Source of the DNA: Gemmata obscuriglobus
Lineage (GTDB): Bacteria > Planctomycetota > Planctomycetia > Gemmatales > Gemmataceae
NCBI RefSeq assembly: GCF_008065095.1
Contig: NZ_CP042911.1
Location: forward strand, 5,970,001 to 6,002,000
Direction: 5' to 3'
Length of the DNA stretch: 32,000 bases
Position 1 is the stretch's first letter. Each line of letters starts with the position of its first letter. The position numbers and the translations under genes are program-made. The notes below the pieces were generated by a model, which was not told the origin of the DNA, ran no database searches, and was given only the letters and a program-made list of their open reading frames with translations. This document shows, piece by piece, positions 1-6,776 of the stretch.

Positions 1-2
1 GG

Positions 3-956
3 CTGACGGATTCCGTCTCACCCGAGGCGCTGCAGCTGATCGTGCTGGCCGGCGGGAGTTGGTCGTTCGACGCGGCACGCACCAACCTGACGCGGTTCTG
101 TGGGGTCGAAGTATCCGATGAGTTGATCCGTCCGCGCACGTTACGAGAAGGCCCGAAGCTGGCGGCGTTTGGAGCCTCGGCGCCCGAAGCCGCAGTCCCT
201 TTTCGGACCGCTTCGGGGGACATCGAATTCGAGACCGATGCGACCAAGGTGAACACCGTGAGCGGGTGGCGGGACGCGAAGATCGGGATCTTCGTGAAGC
301 GAGTTCCGGGCCCCGGGGCGACGGTTGCCGAGTGGGACACGCGCACGTTGCCCGCCCCGACGGCCCGGTTCGCGTTCGCGGAGGTTGCGGAGAGCGACGC
401 GTTCGCGTCGCAGTGGGTGCCGCGGGCCGAGCACCTGGGGATCGATCCGCAGTCGCGGTTGAGCGTGTTGGCCGATGGGGCCGAGTGGATCTGGAATCGG
501 ACCGCCGAAGCGTTCCCCAACGCGCGAGGGGTGTTGGACATCTTTCACGCCCTGGAATACGTGTCGCATGCGGCGAGGGGGTACTTGGTCAATGCCCCCG
601 AGGCGGTGGACGAGGCGACGGCACGAGGCCGAGAGTTGTTACTGGGCGACGGTTACACGGGTGTGGTGGATTGGGTCGGTGAGTTGGGGTTGCACCCGCG
701 CGGGGGCGATGGGGCGTCGTTGGGTGGGATGTTGAACTATTTGGCCGGTCACCAGGACCGGCTGACGTATGCGTTGCGATTGCGGCGTGGCCAGACGATC
801 GGGAGCGGTCTGATCGAGGGGGCCGCGAAGAACCTCATCGGCCGGCGTCTGAAAGCGAACAACGCGCGGTGGGTGCCGGAGAACGTGAATCGCATCGCGG
901 GCGTCTGCTGCGCCCTCTACAGCGGAACTTGGGACGCGTACTGGGAATCGAACTGA
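3..956 (+). CDS. ISKra4-like DDE transposase, C-terminal part (5' end lies outside the window)
   Basis: The frame is open from nt 3, with no stop before the GTG at 42. The C-terminal motif GSGLIEGAAKNLIGRRLKANNARW resembles the conserved tail of ISKra4-family transposases (recollection, not searched). Confidence 0.6.
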   Translation: MTDSVSPEALQLIVLAGGSWSFDAARTNLTRFCGVEVSDELIRPRTLREGPKLAAFGASAPEAAVPFRTASGDIEFETDATKVNTVSGWRDAKIGIFVKRVPGPGATVAEWDTRTLPAPTARFAFAEVAESDAFASQWVPRAEHLGIDPQSRLSVLADGAEWIWNRTAEAFPNARGVLDIFHALEYVSHAARGYLVNAPEAVDEATARGRELLLGDGYTGVVDWVGELGLHPRGGDGASLGGMLNYLAGHQDRLTYALRLRRGQTIGSGLIEGAAKNLIGRRLKANNARWVPENVNRIAGVCCALYSGTWDAYWESN

Positions 957-1326
957 CTCGGCAAACTGGGGCGGCACCAGGAAACGTTGCTACACCCCCT
1001 TGCAACCTTGCAACCGCCGGACCGGAACCGCTAAAGTTTTTCGGGCGACGAGCCGACAGCCCGTTCGCCCGTGATTCACCGTAGAACACGAACCCTAACG
1101 GGTGGAGCCATCCGCGAATTGGCCCCAAGTTTCGATGCCGCTTGGCCGACAGGGAATTCGGCTTCCCACGCTCTGGTAAGTTGGGTACCATCTGCCCGTT
1201 CTGGCAACCCGATCCGTCAGCCGTCCCGCCGCGCGCCGGCAACAAAAACGCATCGAATCTTTACACGCAAAGGCCTACTGTCGGGGTACCGCTCGCCGAG
1301 CGAACCACCAGCAGAAAGGCACGCAC

Positions 1327-1476
1327 ATGACCAACACCCGCACCCCTCACGAGTACACCGGCAACGAAACCACCGTTCACAACCCGAAGGCCCCCGGCCA
1401 GGTTGAAAAGGTGGAACCGTCCACCGGCGACACCACGACCGAAAGCACCAACGTGCAGAAGCCCAAGGACCGCTAA
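1327..1476 (+). CDS. small hypothetical protein (49 aa, Thr/Pro/Lys-rich)
   Basis: ATG preceded by GAAAGG. The ORF ends 21 nt before a strong hairpin + T-tract terminator. It is below the 60-aa cutoff of the ORF track. Confidence 0.3.
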   Translation: MTNTRTPHEYTGNETTVHNPKAPGQVEKVEPSTGDTTTESTNVQKPKDR

Positions 1477-1497
1477 CCGGCGGCACCTGATACCGAG

Positions 1498-1535
1498 AGG
1501 GGCGGGGGATCATACCCTCGCCCCTTTTGTTGTTG
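1498..1535 (+). terminator. intrinsic terminator
   Basis: 11-bp stem AGGGGCGGGGG / CCCTCGCCCCT (one G-U), 6-nt loop, followed by TTTTGTTGTT. Confidence 0.65.
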
Positions 1536-1583
1536 GCATCGCACACGGGGCGCGCTATAAGGAGCCAACAACACAGAGAGCCC

Positions 1584-1688
1584 ATGACCCGACCGACCCT
1601 CTCCCTACTCATCCTTCTCACGCTCACCGGGTGCTCGTGCCTCGACTACGGGTACTGCCCGGCCCTCTTTCCTCGGGCCGACCGGTGA
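1584..1688 (+). CDS. putative micro-lipoprotein (34 aa)
   Basis: MTRPTLSLLILLTLTGCS... has a signal-peptide-like N-terminus with a lipobox-like LTGC. GAGAG lies just upstream of the ATG. Very short, so weak. Confidence 0.3.
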   Translation: MTRPTLSLLILLTLTGCSCLDYGYCPALFPRADR

Positions 1689-1735
1689 GCGGATTCGCAC
1701 ACAATCCGCTACATGTCGCGCGCGAGGCACAGCAC

Positions 1736-1888
1736 ATGGCCAAGACGGCCAGCGAGCGGGACGCGATGCTGCTTCAGAAAGTCTCGGTGGGCGCCATCTT
1801 TATCATGGCCCTGCCGTGCGCCTTTCAGGCCGTTCACGAGGTGTTCAAGCTGTTCAAGGGCAAGGACGAGCGCGGGCACAGCAGATAA
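1736..1888 (+). CDS. small membrane protein (50 aa)
   Basis: Internal ATG of track ORF 1403..1888. MAKTASERDAMLLQKVSVGAIFIMALPCAF... has one hydrophobic helix and a basic tail. Confidence 0.3.
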   Translation: MAKTASERDAMLLQKVSVGAIFIMALPCAFQAVHEVFKLFKGKDERGHSR

Positions 1889-2179
1889 AGGCAGCCAACA
1901 CGGGGGAAGGCATCAAAGGCCCCCCGCTCCGCTGCCTCCTCAGGCATCAAGCGTGATTTAGAAAGCCATCCCGATCCCGCCTTTCGCCTCTGGGGTTCCG
2001 CTTCCGCGGGGTCGTCTATTCGACGATATACCCCGCGAAAGCTACACCCCGACGGCTGACGGCGTGAAAGGCAAGGGAGGGCATTTCCAGAGGCAGAAGG
2101 CACCCCGCTCCATTTTGTGCCCGGTGGCACGCAGCGTGCAGAATTCCGGCAGCCGAACGGACGCCCCCACCCGTACAGG

Positions 2180-2353
2180 ATGTCCCCGATGACCGCCACC
2201 CAACCAACCAACCGCAAGAACAGCAAGAAGGCCAGCACCGCACGCCCCGTTCCCGCCATGCTGCTGGAACTCGCGTACCTCATGCACGCCACCAAGGTCG
2301 TCGGGGTGCGCGAGACGCCAGCCCCACGCCAGGTCTCGGGTCGCTCCATCTAA
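2180..2353 (+). CDS. small hypothetical protein (57 aa), paralog of 3761..3955
   Basis: Internal ATG of track ORF 2117..2353. It shares an MxPxTxT N-terminus and an ML..(L/M)AY(L/V)...T..V core with ORF 3761..3955, and is followed by a hairpin terminator. Confidence 0.4.
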   Translation: MSPMTATQPTNRKNSKKASTARPVPAMLLELAYLMHATKVVGVRETPAPRQVSGRSI

Positions 2354-2375
2354 CTCGCTGCACGAATCATCCGTG

Positions 2376-2420
2376 ATCGCTGCCTGCTGAACCCGGCACG
2401 GCAGCGATTCGTCGTTTCTG
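2376..2420 (+). terminator. probable intrinsic terminator
   Basis: 9-bp stem ATCGCTGCC / GGCAGCGAT with a 15-nt loop, followed by TTCGTCGTTTCT. Confidence 0.45.
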
Positions 2421-2679
2421 GCCTCTCATTTCGCTTTGTAAAGCTGGGCTGCAAGACTTGCATCGGCAGCATCTACACCGGCCAGCACCTTCTTTCCGAT
2501 CCGCTCCCGAACTGGAGCAAAAAGCTTCACTCCACTACTGAGATGGCATTTTCAGATTCGGTTGTACCGCGCACGGAGAAAGCCAGGGTCGGGTAATTCG
2601 GTAACGGTTGCTGGACTGGGACGGGGCTGCGGGTTACAGGATATGTATAGCCCGCACCCCACCACCGAGTCGCACCATC

Positions 2680-3069
2680 ATGGCCAAGAAGAAAGCCGCC
2701 GAGCCGACCGTTGAGACCCCGGCCGAGGAGACCGCCCCCGCCGAGAAGATCACCCAGCGGGTCGCCGTGCAGAAGGCACTCGACGAGGGCAACGAACTCC
2801 CTGTGGACGGCGTGCCCTACGTTAAGGAGAAGTTCGGCATCACCCTCAGCAACCAGGCGTTCTCGACCATAAAGTCGAAGATCACCACGGCGGGGAAGAA
2901 AGCTAAGTCCACGGCGAAGGCCCCCGTCGCGGTTCCGGCTGCGGCCCGCACTACCTCCCCGGCGAACGGCACCATCGGGGTGGCGGGCCAGGTCGAAGCG
3001 ATCAAGGCCCTGTGTGACAAACTCGGCGCGGACCAGGTAATCACCATCGCCAAGCTGTTCACCAAGTAA
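2680..3069 (+). CDS. hypothetical Lys/Ala-rich protein (129 aa)
   Basis: ATG at 2680 (MAKKKAAEPT...) inside track ORF 2608..3069. Coding-like composition, and it ends 16 nt before a strong terminator. No family recognised. Confidence 0.65.
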   Translation: MAKKKAAEPTVETPAEETAPAEKITQRVAVQKALDEGNELPVDGVPYVKEKFGITLSNQAFSTIKSKITTAGKKAKSTAKAPVAVPAAARTTSPANGTIGVAGQVEAIKALCDKLGADQVITIAKLFTK

Positions 3070-3085
3070 CGGTCAGACAACGAAG

Positions 3086-3130
3086 CGGCCCCGGCACTTC
3101 TCGCGAGTGTGCCGGGGCCGTTGTCGTTTT
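3086..3130. terminator. bidirectional intrinsic terminator between the 2680..3069 gene and the tRNA-like gene
   Basis: 12-bp perfect stem CGGCCCCGGCAC / GTGCCGGGGCCG. It is followed by TTGTCGTTTT on the + strand. A weaker T-containing tail (CTTCGTTG) follows it on the - strand. Confidence 0.7.
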
Positions 3131-3143
3131 AAAGGGTCAGAAG

Positions 3144-3216
3144 TGCGGAGGGTGGGGTTCGCACCCACGGCTTCGGGGGATTAGCCCGACGAGTTAACTA
3201 ACTACTCCACCCCCGC
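3144..3216 (-). tRNA. aberrant initiator-like tRNA (anticodon AAU), possibly a pseudo-tRNA or tRNA mimic
   Basis: 73-nt cloverleaf on the minus strand: acceptor GCGGGGG/CCTCCGC, D stem GAGT/ACTC, anticodon stem TCGGG/CCCGA, loop CTAATCC, T stem GTGGG/CCCAC, discriminator A, no encoded CCA. The D loop, T loop, position 37 and variable loop are non-canonical (see findings). Confidence 0.6.
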
Positions 3217-3760
3217 AATCGGCCGGCTCGGGCGTCAGGCAACAAGAGTTAGAGGCCCACGCGCGTCGATCGGTTCAACTCTTTGTCCGCCCGTGTCGGT
3301 GGTGACGGGCATCGCGCGTCGGCGGGATTCGGAATGGTGTATTGGCGGGGCCACAGCCCCTTTTCGTCGACCGGACCCGGTGCAAACAACCAACTCGTCA
3401 TGACACCCGCGGCACGTCGTTGACTGTGCCATCACCCAGCTTTACTCCCGTTGCGCGTGGGGCTTACAAGCAAACCAGAATCGCCGGTCACCTCGGCTTT
3501 ATTCGGCACCAAGATAAGTGTTTTCTGCCCCCACGCGCGAGTTGTAGCTCCTCCAGTCACGGAATGTACTCTTTCCGTAAAGTCGCAACGGTTACACCGG
3601 TCGCGTTGCAACCACGTCCGCGGCGATTACAGACTCGAATGCCACCAAACGCTTGAAATCCTAGGTTGTGGAGCGATTTCGACCAAATCATTCACGATCC
3701 GGCATGGCCGGTGCTTTGATGCTTTCCAACGAAGGAAACTCAACGGTAAGGAAGCCGACC

Positions 3761-3955
3761 ATGACCCCGATTACCAGCACCACCGAAGTCACCCCGGTTG
3801 CCGCCGCGATGGAAGTCGCCGCCGCCGAGAAGATGCTCTGCGACATGGCGTATGTCCTGAAGCTCACCCGCCGCGTGAAGGCGGAGATGTCCGCCGAAAA
3901 GGCCCCCGAGAAGGCGATCATCGCCCGGACCTGGGAGCGCGTGCTGGAGGCGTAA
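3761..3955 (+). CDS. small hypothetical protein (64 aa), paralog of 2180..2353
   Basis: ATG at 3761 preceded by AAGGAAG, inside track ORF 3668..3955. Shares motifs with ORF 2180..2353. Converges on the nuclease gene with a 1-nt gap. Confidence 0.45.
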   Translation: MTPITSTTEVTPVAAAMEVAAAEKMLCDMAYVLKLTRRVKAEMSAEKAPEKAIIARTWERVLEA

Positions 3956-3956
3956 C

Positions 3957-4256
3957 TCAGGGCTTACCGCGGTACGGTTCCGCCAGGCCACGGTCCAGCA
4001 TCGCGTCACTCAGCGACGGCGTCTCTGCCGTCCCGCACTCGCCGAGGAGCCGCCCATACTTCTCGCGCTTTCGCACATAGCAGCGGACCTCTTTCCCCTC
4101 GATCATCAACCGCATGGCGTCCTTAGCTTCCTGGAAGCCGGGCTGCCCGCGTTCCACAGAATCGATCCGGGCGAGCCGCACGCGCTCGTCGCCGCACCGG
4201 AGAGTATCACCGTCGATGGCGGTGCAGAGCGCGAAGACGTAGAGGAGCGGGATCAC
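3957..4256 (-). CDS. staphylococcal-nuclease (SNase/thermonuclease)-like nuclease, 99 aa
   Basis: IDGDT, VRLARIDSVE and KYGR match the SNase Ca-binding and catalytic constellation (D21, R35, D40, E43, R87 equivalents). There is a 4-nt ATGA overlap with the upstream gene. Confidence 0.8.
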   Translation of the reverse strand: MIPLLYVFALCTAIDGDTLRCGDERVRLARIDSVERGQPGFQEAKDAMRLMIEGKEVRCYVRKREKYGRLLGECGTAETPSLSDAMLDRGLAEPYRGKP

Positions 4257-5242
4257 CGTCCCTCCACGAGTGTGACCCGATTTCGGTAAGCCGAAGCCAC
4301 CAGGTCATCAGCCGCATCGTAGTCCGGTTTCTCGGGCAGCGCTGAAAGCCGCTGGCACTCTTCCAGGCGCACCATCCCGTCCTCGATCAACTCCGCCACC
4401 TGCCGGTACGGCAATTGGCCTTTACGGATCTGGAGCAGTAGTTCGGCCTCGGGCCGCGGGTAGCTCACCGTGTGGTGCGTCAGCAACTCTTCCGCCTCCC
4501 GGCACACCCGCACGGCATGCATGAGCGCCTTCCAGTCCACACCCTCGTTGGTCTCCGCCAGCCGCGCCCGGTGGCCGTACTCGTCGAGCAGGTGCTGGTA
4601 GATCTTGAGCGCCTCCTTGAGCGTGACGTGCTCCTGCGCCTTCCGGTTGCAGACCGACACCATCCGCACCACGCACTCGGGCCGACCGCGCAACGAGTCC
4701 GTGAGGAACTCGACGTGCTCCTGCCCGCTCATAATCGCTATCAGCTCGTCCCAGTGCTGGGACAGCTTGCAGGCCGGGTAGCTGGCCTCGATGCGGTTCT
4801 GCAGGAAGCCGACCATCGCACGTGTCACTGCGACGCGCGAGCCCTTGATCCCGTATTTATTGGCCTGCTGGCGGCAATACCCGGCGAACGCGGCAACCCC
4901 ACGGTGAAGCCACAGGTGCTTATTGGCCCGAATCTCGTCCCACAGGGGCAACGACTCAATGATCCACCGTTCCGGCGTGAACAGCATCGTGATGGCGACC
5001 GTCTGCCCGTCCAGCAACAGCTTCATGTACTTCTGGAGCGAGAACGACTCGAAGTCGATGTCGTCCGGCCCGTTCTTCTGGGTGCCGTCTTGCTTCGTCT
5101 TCACGTTGATCGCGTTCTGGACCCGCTGGAGCAGGATCTCGCGACCGTCGGGGAAGTGAACCGCCTTGTAGTCGTGATCGCTGGTGGGGACGTTCGTGCC
5201 GTAGACGTGGGAGCCGAACTGCATGCGGACGAGCGCGGTCAT
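4253..5242 (-). CDS. Pol-beta superfamily nucleotidyltransferase, RlaP-like (as I recall Pfam PF10127)
   Basis: The N-terminal FGSHVYGTNVPTSDHDY fits hG[GS]x9-13Dx[DE]. Overall length and layout are like the predicted nucleotidyltransferases of phages and plasmids. ATGA overlaps at both ends. Confidence 0.8.
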   Translation of the reverse strand: MTALVRMQFGSHVYGTNVPTSDHDYKAVHFPDGREILLQRVQNAINVKTKQDGTQKNGPDDIDFESFSLQKYMKLLLDGQTVAITMLFTPERWIIESLPLWDEIRANKHLWLHRGVAAFAGYCRQQANKYGIKGSRVAVTRAMVGFLQNRIEASYPACKLSQHWDELIAIMSGQEHVEFLTDSLRGRPECVVRMVSVCNRKAQEHVTLKEALKIYQHLLDEYGHRARLAETNEGVDWKALMHAVRVCREAEELLTHHTVSYPRPEAELLLQIRKGQLPYRQVAELIEDGMVRLEECQRLSALPEKPDYDAADDLVASAYRNRVTLVEGR

Positions 5243-5469
5243 GCGGCCTCGTCCATCACGCGATTCATTGCGGTCGATGGCGTGTAACCCGCCAGCCGAT
5301 TGCCGTCGGGCCGGATCGAGCGGAAGATCAAGTCACGCGTGCGCCCGCACATCAGGTCGCCCGCGGCTTTCCGGTACGGGAAGATGAACCGTCGCACCTC
5401 GGCCGGGAACGTGTCCAACTTCAGCCCGACGTCCTTATCGCTCAGGTGGGCCACCGTATCCGCCACCAC
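5239..5469 (-). CDS. hypothetical protein (76 aa), first gene of the NTase/nuclease operon
   Basis: GTG start at 5469 with an in-frame TAG immediately upstream. The stop overlaps the NTase start (ATGA). The IS3 element ends 8 nt upstream of the start codon. No family recognised. Confidence 0.5.
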   Translation of the reverse strand: MVADTVAHLSDKDVGLKLDTFPAEVRRFIFPYRKAAGDLMCGRTRDLIFRSIRPDGNRLAGYTPSTAMNRVMDEAA

Positions 5470-5517
5470 ACGCTACAGTGGACCCCATTGTCTAGACCAA
5501 AAAGTTGCTATCCTTCG

Positions 5518-6288
5518 CTACTGTTTCGTCGGGGCCTTCGTGGCTCCGACGCCATACACCTGAGCCGGGGTGCGGTAGTCCAGGGACTGGTGTAACCGCT
5601 CGGTGTTGTAGAACCCGAAGTACGCCCGGAGCCCACTCTCCAGGGCCGGCACCGACTCGTAACCCTTGAGGTACACGTCCTCGTACTTGACGCTCCGCCA
5701 CAGGCGCTCCACGAACACGTTGTCCAGGCACCGGCCCCGCCCGTCCATGCTCACCGCGACCCCGGCCCGCTCCAATCGCCCGACCCACGCGGCGGCCGTG
5801 AACTGGACTCCCTGGTCCGTGTTGAACACCTCCGGCTTGCCCCGGCCCAAGGCCTCCTCCAGCATGTCCTGGCAGAATGACCCGTCCAACGTGTTGGACA
5901 GTCGCCAGGCCACCACGTACCGGCTGAACCAGTCCATCGTTGCGGCCAGGTACATGAACCCGGTGGGCATCGGGATGTACGTGATGTCCGTGCTCCACAC
6001 CTGATGGACCCGGTCGATGGCCACGCCCCGCAACAGGTACGGGTACACCTTGTGCCCGGACCCGACCGACAGCTTGGGCTTGGGGTACAGGGCCTCCAAC
6101 CCCATGATCCGCAACAGCCGCTGCACCCGCTTGCGGTTCACCTCGTGGCCCTGGGTGCCCAGCCACGCGGCCAGGCGCCGGCTCCCGTAGAACGGGCACG
6201 TCGTGTACTGCTCGTCGATCAACCGCATCAGCGTCAGGTTCTCCGCGCTCTCCGGGGTCGGCTCGTAGTACACCGTCGAGCGGTTCAA
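5518..6288 (-). CDS. IS3-family transposase OrfB (rve/DDE integrase core)
   Basis: WSTDITYIP ... NTDQGVQFT ... ERLWRSVKYE ... YNTERLHQSL is the classic rve domain. This frame stays open upstream as far as the A9 run at 6377-6385. Confidence 0.9.
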   Translation of the reverse strand: MNRSTVYYEPTPESAENLTLMRLIDEQYTTCPFYGSRRLAAWLGTQGHEVNRKRVQRLLRIMGLEALYPKPKLSVGSGHKVYPYLLRGVAIDRVHQVWSTDITYIPMPTGFMYLAATMDWFSRYVVAWRLSNTLDGSFCQDMLEEALGRGKPEVFNTDQGVQFTAAAWVGRLERAGVAVSMDGRGRCLDNVFVERLWRSVKYEDVYLKGYESVPALESGLRAYFGFYNTERLHQSLDYRTPAQVYGVGATKAPTKQ

Positions 6289-6358
6289 TCCGATCAGCTC
6301 GCACTGGCGCCGGACGCTCAGCTCCGGGTGCTCGGCCTCGATCCGGGCACGCTTGGCC

Positions 6359-6646
6359 TCAGCCGAGGGCGGCCGATTTTTTTTTCACCCAGTCGAGTTC
6401 CACCTTGAGGCGGCCGATCTGCTCGTACAACTCGGTCGTCTTGTCTTCCGGGGGGCCGGTGCCCTTCGCCCCCGAGGCGAACACGGCCTCGGCCCCGGTG
6501 AGCAACTGCTTCTTCCACCCATGAATCAGGGTCGGGTGGACGCCGTGCTGACTCGCCAGTTCGTTGATGGTCTTGTCGCCCTTGAGGGCCGCCAGCGCGA
6601 CCTGGGCCTTGAACGCCGCCGAGTGACTCTTCCGCTTGCCCGCCAT
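6359..6646 (-). CDS. IS3-family transposase OrfA (HTH)
   Basis: MAGKRKSHSAAFKAQVALAALKGDKTINELASQHGVHPTLIHGWKK... is typical of IS3 OrfA. It ends in the A9 run (..DWVKKKSAALG*). Confidence 0.9.
   Translation of the reverse strand: MAGKRKSHSAAFKAQVALAALKGDKTINELASQHGVHPTLIHGWKKQLLTGAEAVFASGAKGTGPPEDKTTELYEQIGRLKVELDWVKKKSAALG
6377..6385 (-). promoter_or_regulatory. A9 slippery run (T9 on the + strand) at the orfA/orfB junction
   Basis: Nine consecutive T at 6377-6385 encode KKK at the end of OrfA. orfB lies in the +1 frame relative to orfA (see finding). Confidence 0.55.
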
Positions 6647-6776
6647 GGGTTCCCCTTTCCTGGGCCTCCGGTATAGCTTAACCGGCGGTCCAGTTTTCGG
6701 GGTCCACTATACCTGGTTTGCTGCTATCACCATCAGCCACGGTATCGAGAGTGGCACGAACGTTCAATCAGCGTTG

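Larger units (their letters stand above)
5477..6709 (-). mobile_element. IS3-family insertion sequence (~1.23 kb; ends +/-3 nt)
   Basis: Terminal inverted repeats AGTGGACCCC (5477-5486) and GGGGTCCACT (6699-6708). Possible 3-bp TSD TAC (5474-5476 and 6710-6712). Carries orfA, orfB and an A9 slippery run. Confidence 0.85.

Noticed and set aside
3144-3216. The tRNA-like gene as the integration site (att) of the integrase at 26136..27323
   Set aside because: The tRNA is on the minus strand, so its 3' end faces left, away from the integrase-bearing DNA. A tRNA-targeting element would lie downstream of the 3' end. I found no partial tRNA repeat near 27324-27708.
3235-3656. Track ORFs 3235..3435 (-) and 3342..3656 (+) in the non-coding stretch right of the tRNA
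   Set aside because: No SD-like sequence and odd composition. They overlap each other, and there are no recognisable motifs. I treat the region as non-coding.
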